A stretch of DNA of 44,934 nucleotides, the filler included, from Jimgerdemannia flammicorona (Eukaryota): the NCBI GenBank assembly GCA_003990765.1. It is 2 parts of 2 records of this genome, joined end to end, with 100 filler letters (N's around TTAATTAATTAA, not from the genome) between each part and the next. Parts side by side here need not be neighbours in the genome. Positions count along the whole stretch, not along the records: positions 22,525 to 44,934 come from RBNJ01001285.1; 1 more part is not named here. One strand, given 5' to 3'. Shown here piece after piece: positions 37,686 through 44,934 of the stretch. Numbering within the stretch: the first letter of the stretch is position 1; every line of letters begins with the position of its first letter. The notes beneath the pieces were generated by a model that saw only the letters and a list, made by a program, of their open reading frames with translations, ran no database searches and was not told where the DNA came from. The translations under genes and the position numbers were made by a program.

Positions 37686-39758
37686 TAAATTTTTTTAATC
37701 AATGATGTAATAAATTTTGGTGATGGTTTCCGGACCAATAGACGTAGTTTGTCTTAGGCGTCAGTCGGTCTTACCCATAGTCTGTCTTAGGCGTTAGTCT
37801 GTCTTAGATGCAGCCTGACTTGTGTCGGAGGGTAGTAGGGATGGAAGAATTCTGGTATTATTGAGGGCGTACTTGCCGCACTGGTCATTCATCCATCAAC
37901 GTACCACTACACTTTCACCTCTGTTCCAGACATTGTCTCCAGTAACGAGATCGCGAAATTCACATTGCACTCTCGTCCCCGTATCGCGCATCTATGAGAT
38001 CCGGGCCCACATCATCCTTATTCATAATCCTTGTGACCTCCCAAGCATAATTATGGATACCTTCCACGACCATCTGTCGCTATCACTCATTGCTAAGGGA
38101 CATAGGCCATTTTGCAGAGATGAGTGGACGATTGGGTAGGTTGGCAACAGCCTCGGTATTCTCCAAGGTGTTAACTATTTCCAGATCGGACCGGTTTGAG
38201 GTTTGAGGGCATGTGGCAAACGCGGTTCAGGTGGACGACGATGAGGTAAGGTGGGATGGCTGTTGAGATTACATGACAGAGACCAAGGTACTGTGTGAAG
38301 GTGAGAATGGTAGATGGGGCTGGTGGCATTTTAAATGTAATTATCATGTAGAATATTGGATAATTTTAATAATGGTAATAATTATAATAGAGAGGTTGGG
38401 AAGACTTTTTGCGTCAATGAGCAATTTTGGGCTTGTCAGGTATAATATAGCAGAATATTCGATACCGCACAAATATTAATCGCATTTGTGTATATTCCGA
38501 AATCGAAATGGATTTTATTTATTGTGACACAAGCGAGCTTGATTTCGGGGCAGATAGTCATCAATCGTGCGTTTGTAGATATCAACACAAAAAACAAACC
38601 ATTTTCACCAAGACATGGCCAAAAGCGTAAAATATATAAAATAAGGACTCCCTGGCTGCAACCCCTCTGGTTGTGACAAAACCAATGTTATGGGGAAAAT
38701 ATTTCACATTAGTACCAATCGAAACTCACCTCTACAACTATTAATGTTTAATTGTTTTGAACACAATATCCCTGGCATGCCAGCCTTGGGAAAACTGAAG
38801 GGATCCGGAAGGGATAGCATGTTAAAGACATGTATTACTCTATTAGGCAATTACATACATAATTATATCATGCAATTACTATAATTACAGAATTTATTAT
38901 TTGTCCAACATCTTGTCCTCTTCCCCTTATACTCAATTATCTTCACTATCATACAGCCTTTATTACACAACCATTGTTAAATCATAGTTATCATTGCAAT
39001 CACCAATAATTGCAATAATAACATACAATAAAAAAAAAAAAAAAAAAAAAAAACTACACAAATTACATCAACTATAACATATCTCTGCAATTCTTGCTAG
39101 GTCTACTATACTGTAGGTGATGACTTCTCTGGATGATACACTATCAGCTCATATATATATCCCTTATCTCACAATATTGAGGCTATTGTGACCACAATTG
39201 CAGTATATACCAAAGGGGACTATAGCATTTTAACAACACTTCTCTAACTCTGCAATCATTGCAATATACTTTGATGTTCATCTGAACTCATTGCAAGCAT
39301 ATTCTCTATAACAGATTCCACACCCCAGCTTACTATACTATTATAGGTGAATTTTGACCAAGATGCCTACATTGCTGAGCAAGACCAACTAATTACCACT
39401 CTATACTGCCATCTCCAAAAAGCCCAAGCTCTATCTCTCCTGACCACTGTCATCAATCCAGTATCTGACCCTGATAATCTCACTAACTCCAAACCTCTGA
39501 GTACTGTGCCAGTAGTATCTGTATTACATCTGATACAAATTTTAGTTTTAGGTATAGATATACCCACAATATAAGTCTCCGGCATTCACATCTCAGATAT
39601 TTTCATACTTTGACATTAGAGTTTTTCACTTGTCAGTCTCTACCTACAATAGTTCAGTCCATTTTTTGGCCATTATTATCACCTGTTACCTTTCCACTTC
39701 TGGCATCACTAGACTCTTCTGGTGTTTAGCACTTATCTACCAATATTTTCCTAACTAT

Positions 39759-40709
39759 TGTAATGAGCCCAGCTCAATGGGGGCAAATTACAAGGTTGGG
39801 GGGTTGATGTAGTTTGGCTTGAGCCCCCAGTTACTTTGTCAAAAAGCAACAAAATGTTCTAAGATTCCTTGTTGGTGTTTAGTGGTATAATAGTCAATCT
39901 GGATACAACGGTCGATATGTGTGTCGATTTCCTTATTGGGATGGTTCTTGGGTGTAGTGGCGATTTGTGTGTGGCACGGGCGTTCTGCTAATTTAGCGGT
40001 TTCCTTCTTGGGTGGCAGTGATCTCCAAAAGTATGTGACAATCTCTTGTGTAGCGCGACGATCTATGTGAGGCGATTTCTGCATGACGATCTTGGTGGTA
40101 TTCCTTATGCGGATTGAGCTAATAACTCGATTTGGCGAATAACTCGGTGTGGCATGGATTCTCCTAAATTGGCGGCTCTCTGGGAAATAACTCGGATGAT
40201 TCGGATAACTCGGATAACTCGGATGTCGCGGATTCTTCCTAAATCGGCGGGCTTCTGGGAAATAACTCGGATGGCGCGGATAACTCGGGTGACGTGGATT
40301 CTTCCTGAATCGGCTCTTCTGGGAATATCGGATAACTTGATAACTCAGGTAGCTCGGATGGCAGATTCTTGGCAAGTTACGTCAAGACTGGCTTCGTTTG
40401 GGTGGAGTTATGTTGATGACTGGCTCTACTGTGAAGTTGCGTCAGCAGACTGGTGACAAGATTCTTATGCGGGCTCTCTGGGAATGGCGGATTCTTGAAA
40501 ACAGCAGCTTATTCCTTAAGCGGCGGATTACTCAAATGGCGGCAAAGTTCTTCACTCGAACTTTAGGCAGCAAAATACTTAGATTCTTTAGGCTTATTTG
40601 GCAAGCGCTCAAAAAATCGTGATCAATGTTGACTATCGAATTTGTTAAAATCACTTGACTAGTCTTGAATAGTCATTTTTCCATAGCGAGAATCAAAATC
40701 CACATATAT
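39759..40709 (-). mobile_element. LTR-like element, family B, 3' part; interrupted by the family A insertion
   Basis: The minus strand ends ...CATTACA. Internal tandem repeats (ATAACTCGGAT; GGATTCTTCCTAAATCGGCGG) at 40135-40370. Homologous to 28430-29063 but CpG-rich. Confidence 0.65.
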
Positions 40710-40841
40710 TGTGATGTACACAATTGACAATAGAGTACTGGTGACTGCCAAGATCAGACAACATAATGGCGTGACAATCAAATAGACAGCCTGACCCATT
40801 AGGTGATCATCCCAAAAGAAGACAAGATGATCTGAGCCAAA

Positions 40842-41903
40842 ATGAAGACCACGTTATTTAAGGAACCATACTCCGCCTCAAGGATCGGCACCAAAGAACC
40901 AAGTACCCACCACACAATGCCTCCCATTCGCCGAACCAACCAGACCTCCCGCTGCTCTACCCCTTTGCCAGGCCCAAAGACCCTGATCTTTGAAGCTATC
41001 AAGAAGGCCATCTGGCACCCAGATACTTCCGAACACTTGAACTTCTATACTGAGGACCTTGGACACTTCATCAACTACCAGTATATAATGACCCAACAGC
41101 TCAAAGACACTACTGAACGAATGACCCTCTGGTATGACTATGAAATCGGACACCGCCTTTGCAATGAGACTCAAGAAGGTGACCAGGAAGACCTCATTGC
41201 CAAAATGTTAACCACCAGCTGACTAATCAAGAGAGCCCTCTGTGTCCATTAAATCTTCCGCCATATTCCCTGGGCTATAGCACACTTGCAAGGAGTAACA
41301 GCTGGCAGCCTCTCCCACCTTTCAACTGAAGATGCTGACTGGATAGAATCTGAAGTAGCCAATGCTAATGGCAGCAACTGCATCGCCATAGGAAGCCAAC
41401 AAACCGAACCTACTCAGCCAGGTTTCCACACCACCCCACTCCGGGACAACCATCAAGGTCACCTAATGAGCCTTATGGAGATATTTGAAGGACCGCCCAT
41501 CACTATAGAGGCACCCGTTGGAGCTACCCCAACCACCCACCACCCTGTCAGCCACAATTCACACCTCATCATTTGGGAACTGAATCAAGAAGAAGCTCAA
41601 GAAGTTCCTGTCTTTGAAGAGGAGGCCCAAGAACTCCAAGACCCTGCCCCTGAAGAAACCCCCTCTGAGACTGAAACTGACGAGCCTTCAGAAGAAGAAG
41701 AGGAGCAACAGAGAGTTTACCAGTCCTCTGTCTGCATTCAAGCTATTCAAGGGTCGGAGAATGTTGTTGAAGATGACTGGCCACTTTTCTACCCCCTCAC
41801 CTCTTGGCCGGCGCTTCCCCCCTTTGAGGAGAGATATGATGAAGAAGAAATCACAACTCAGCAAGATTTGCCCACCATGGACGAAGGGTACTATTCCCTC
41901 TAG
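40842..41903 (+). pseudogene. LTR(U3)-encoded 353-codon ORF, copy 2, with two premature stops
   Basis: Same 1062-nt length as copy 1. The stops TGA 41220 and TAA 41250 are CGG and CAA in copy 1. Confidence 0.8.
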
Positions 41904-42974
41904 AAGTACCGCCCATTAGCCATGAGAACCCAGCTTTTGCCAGCAAGTCCATTTCCAGCGTTGCTACCCAGTACCACCATTTTCAACATTTTTGTCAGCA
42001 GGTCCGAATTCAGCATTGCCACCCTCCACAACCGCTTCTGGCAACAATCATCGTATCATATCAGCCCATCTGAATCCAGCATTGCTACCCAGCACAACCA
42101 TTTTCAGCATTTTGTCAGCAAGTCCAAATCCAGTGTTGCTACCCAGTACCACCATTTTCAGCAAGTCAGCAACACTCATTTTCAGCGTTGCCACCCTCTA
42201 CAACTGTTTCTGGCAACAATCAGCACTCCTGCCTGCTCATCCGAATCCAGTATTGCTATCCCCTACAACCCAATCCATAGTAAACAAATAGCCTGCACCT
42301 CGCATCATGCAAGCCAATAGCATAGCAAAGTTTGCCACAATGTAGTATACCTTAGCCTTAGTCACACCCCCCCCCCCTATAGCTAGCAAACTTGTATAAA
42401 TAACCCATATTCTTAGAGTGAATAAACCTCAGTCAGTTCTAGTTTACAAAGAAACCACTGCCTCCAAGAGACCGGATAAATTCTGAGATCAAGATAACTA
42501 GAGCAATGATCACTCGAGGTTTGAGTTAAAGAATTTTCTCTTGCCACAGAAAGAAAGAAAACATTACAAGACCACTGCCACGAAAAAGGATTCAAGACCA
42601 GACCGCCATTCGGACCGCCATTTGAGACCCAAGACCCAGCCAAGGATTCAAGACCAAACCGCCATTTGGAATGCGCATTCAGACCACCATTCGAGATTCA
42701 AGACCCCGGAAACCCAAGGATACCCAGCCAAAGGATACAAGACAGCTGCCAAAGACCTGAACAACCGCCAGAAACCTAACAAGTTAAGATGGACGAGCGA
42801 GCCGTCAACCTCCGTTTTCCCGCTATTTATTACCGCATGAATCGAATGAGCCGATCATGTGATCAACAACCTGCAAATGTCACCAACACATTCAGTTATC
42901 CATCGCGCGCTTCACCAGTGGCACACATTGAGCTGTGCAGTCGAAGTTCATTATACATAACCAACGCCACATTT

Positions 42975-42992
42975 TGGGGGCTCAACTGGGAA
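42975..42992 (+). promoter_or_regulatory. Primer-binding site, tRNA-Pro type
   Basis: TGGGGGCTCAACTGGGAA lies 3 nt after the LTR end and resembles the MLV tRNA-Pro PBS TGGGGGCTCGTCCGGGAT. Confidence 0.75.
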
Positions 42993-43865
42993 AGTTTTTA
43001 AAAGACTTGACCATTTGGCTCAAGAACCCAGCTATCTACAGTAGAGAACTTAGCAGGACCAAGTCAGCAACCAAACCAGGGGCAGCAACAGCCCTCCTCA
43101 GCAGAAAAGAAAGCCCACACCCTTGTCAGAACAGTAGTCAGGACCCTATTCAACACCAGTAGCCAGAAAACCAAATCAGAAGAAAGAAGTGACCCAGATT
43201 ATGGTTTGACTTCAAGAGAAAGGAGACGACTCAGAGGACAACCAGAACCGCCCCTTCAGATCCAAGACTTAGGCCAAGAAGAAGAAGAGGATATCTCCGA
43301 GGAGTATCAGACCCTTATCCATAGAAAGAACTCAGACAGAAGTGACTACATAACTACTGTTGTTACTCGAGTCACTCTACTAGACCGAGTATACTTTGAA
43401 ACATCAGAGGGAGAAGAGGACTACCATCCATATCAACCAGAGCAAGACGATGATTGGGGATCAGACCATCAAAGGGACGAATTCAACCTATACTATTATC
43501 CAGACAGCGACACTGACCCACAACAAGGTGAACAAGACTTCACTACTTCACAACAGCAAGGGGCAGACAAACTCACTATCAGCTATATCAGTCCACTCCC
43601 ACCATCAGTTGCTCGAACTTCAGTACCCTGGTCACTCACACCTCGTCACTATTACCAGTCTATCAGAAGATCTCCACCACTACCCAGGACTTCAACCCCA
43701 GCATTAATTAGAAGAGCCAGATTACCCTCACCCTCACCAAGACACCGCCCTCTGCCAGTACCACTAGATCATCAAGTACTAGCACCACTACCTTTCCCAT
43801 CACCCCGAGGATCCGCCAGACCCCCTACCCCTGAACAATACTCAGATAGTGAAGATGGGCCAGAC

Positions 43866-44934
43866 ATGAGCTACCTTCAGAAGTTCCATGGTGCAGACAA
43901 TGAAGATATCAAGGAATTCTTTGGAGAAATTGAAGTTCAAGCAGCTGCCAAACAATGGGATGCTGCAAGAAAACTCAGAATTGTAGAGTCACTCCTGAGA
44001 GGACCAGCCCTACAGAGGTATAATCAAGCCAAGCAAGCCGGAGGAGAAATCCATACAGAGGAACTGAATGATGGCCTTCAACCTGATAGAAACCATGTAG
44101 CAAGGTACATGATTCACAAAGCCTGGCTCTATGCTCAGTTCAATGGATTCAAGTGCCAACAAGAAGCACAAGAGGCATTGACCTATATGAGCCAAGCTGC
44201 CAATGAAACTCCCAAGAGTTTCTACTATCAGATTCAAGCTCAAATGATCAAGGCAAACCTTCAACCAGCAGTCCAACTGGCCCTAGCCTCAACTACCTTC
44301 CTCAATGGCTTATACCCAGAACTCCGAAGGCAAGTTATCAGGATGGGATATCGAAACATTGAACAGCAAGTTGCTGGAGCACAAGGATGTTGGGAAGCAG
44401 ATTATAGACCAGTACAACAAGTACAAGGCTATCCTGAGCCAATCCGAGCCAAAACCCCAAGGACCCAAGGAACAACTATGGAGCAAGAGAATGCCTTCCT
44501 CAGAGCCCAGATAGCCAACTATGAGAACAGACCAGCACCCACAAATCTGACTCCATTCAGGCAACCACAGCAGCAGCCACCATCAAGAGTTCAAGAAGAC
44601 CCTATGACAATGCTCACCAAGCTAATGAAGGACCTGGCCATCGCGGTTGCCCAGCTGAACAACCAAAGTAGAAGACAACAAGACTACCATCGTGATAACA
44701 GACCAGACTACCAGCAACAAGACAACAGAGGTCCTGCCCCTGCACTACCAGCTGCAACTACAGCCTCATCAGCGACTGGTTCCTATGGTCCCACCTGCTT
44801 CAACTGTGGAAATCAAGGCCACATCCAGAGGAATTATCCAAGGAACCAATCCACCCAGTCCAATGACAGAAATGTCAACCTCTTTCAGGTAGATGAAGAG
44901 ACTCAGGAGATGGAAGAAGAAGCAGCCTGGCTCC
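43866..44934 (+). CDS. gag: Retrotransposon Gag (3'-partial); frame open from 43011
   Basis: MSYLQKFHGADNEDIKEFF, LLRGPA, Q..NETPKSFY, FLNGLYPELR and the knuckle CFNCGNQGHIQRNY (44796-44837). No stop up to the window edge, which is why the ORF track misses it. Confidence 0.85.
   Translation, partial: MSYLQKFHGADNEDIKEFFGEIEVQAAAKQWDAARKLRIVESLLRGPALQRYNQAKQAGGEIHTEELNDGLQPDRNHVARYMIHKAWLYAQFNGFKCQQEAQEALTYMSQAANETPKSFYYQIQAQMIKANLQPAVQLALASTTFLNGLYPELRRQVIRMGYRNIEQQVAGAQGCWEADYRPVQQVQGYPEPIRAKTPRTQGTTMEQENAFLRAQIANYENRPAPTNLTPFRQPQQQPPSRVQEDPMTMLTKLMKDLAIAVAQLNNQSRRQQDYHRDNRPDYQQQDNRGPAPALPAATTASSATGSYGPTCFNCGNQGHIQRNYPRNQSTQSNDRNVNLFQVDEETQEMEEEAAWL

Larger units (their letters stand above)
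40710..44934 (+). mobile_element. LTR retrotransposon, family A (probably Ty3/gypsy): 5' LTR 40710-42971, PBS, gag; continues beyond the window
   Basis: TGTGA...CCACA LTR matching the solo LTR, preceded by ATATAT. TATAAATA 42395, AATAAA 42421, PBS 3 nt after the LTR, gag with zinc knuckle. Pol is not in the window, so the superfamily is inferred. Confidence 0.88.

Noticed and set aside
39839..40375. 178-aa ORF with HPSY repeats
   Set aside because: Translation of tandem DNA repeats inside an LTR-like element.
24576..42971. The two family A LTRs as the ends of one 18-kb element
   Set aside because: The first has its own flanking direct repeat and no PBS. The second is followed by PBS and gag, so it is a 5' LTR of a separate insertion.

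Overview
Eukaryotic, intron-containing fungal DNA. It is probably from an early-diverging lineage such as Mucoromycota (inference from gene content and a U12-type AT-AC intron). Left part (1-22424): decayed gypsy and ankyrin/LRR remnants, an intact Rum1/Sic1-like CDK-inhibitor gene with two inhibitory modules (minus, 3757-5577), a frameshifted HSPA12-type Hsp70 gene, then a compact GC-rich housekeeping cluster. The cluster holds an inositol polyphosphate multikinase with a minor-spliceosome AT-AC intron, VPS2/DID4, RPB8 and NUP192, which is cut off by a 100-bp artificial N/stop-linker gap. Right part (22525-44934): mostly transposon remnants. These include a 2.4-kb solo LTR and a 2.3-kb 5' LTR + tRNA-Pro-type PBS + open gag of the same family, both LTRs carrying a 353-codon ORF in U3. 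There is also a second LTR family in a near-intact and a C>T/G>A-hypermutated copy, and an eroded LINE. Top leads: the LTR-encoded ORF, the in-frame AT-AC intron, the twin-module CDK inhibitor and RIP-like hypermutation. All family calls come from motif recognition by eye; no database searches were run.
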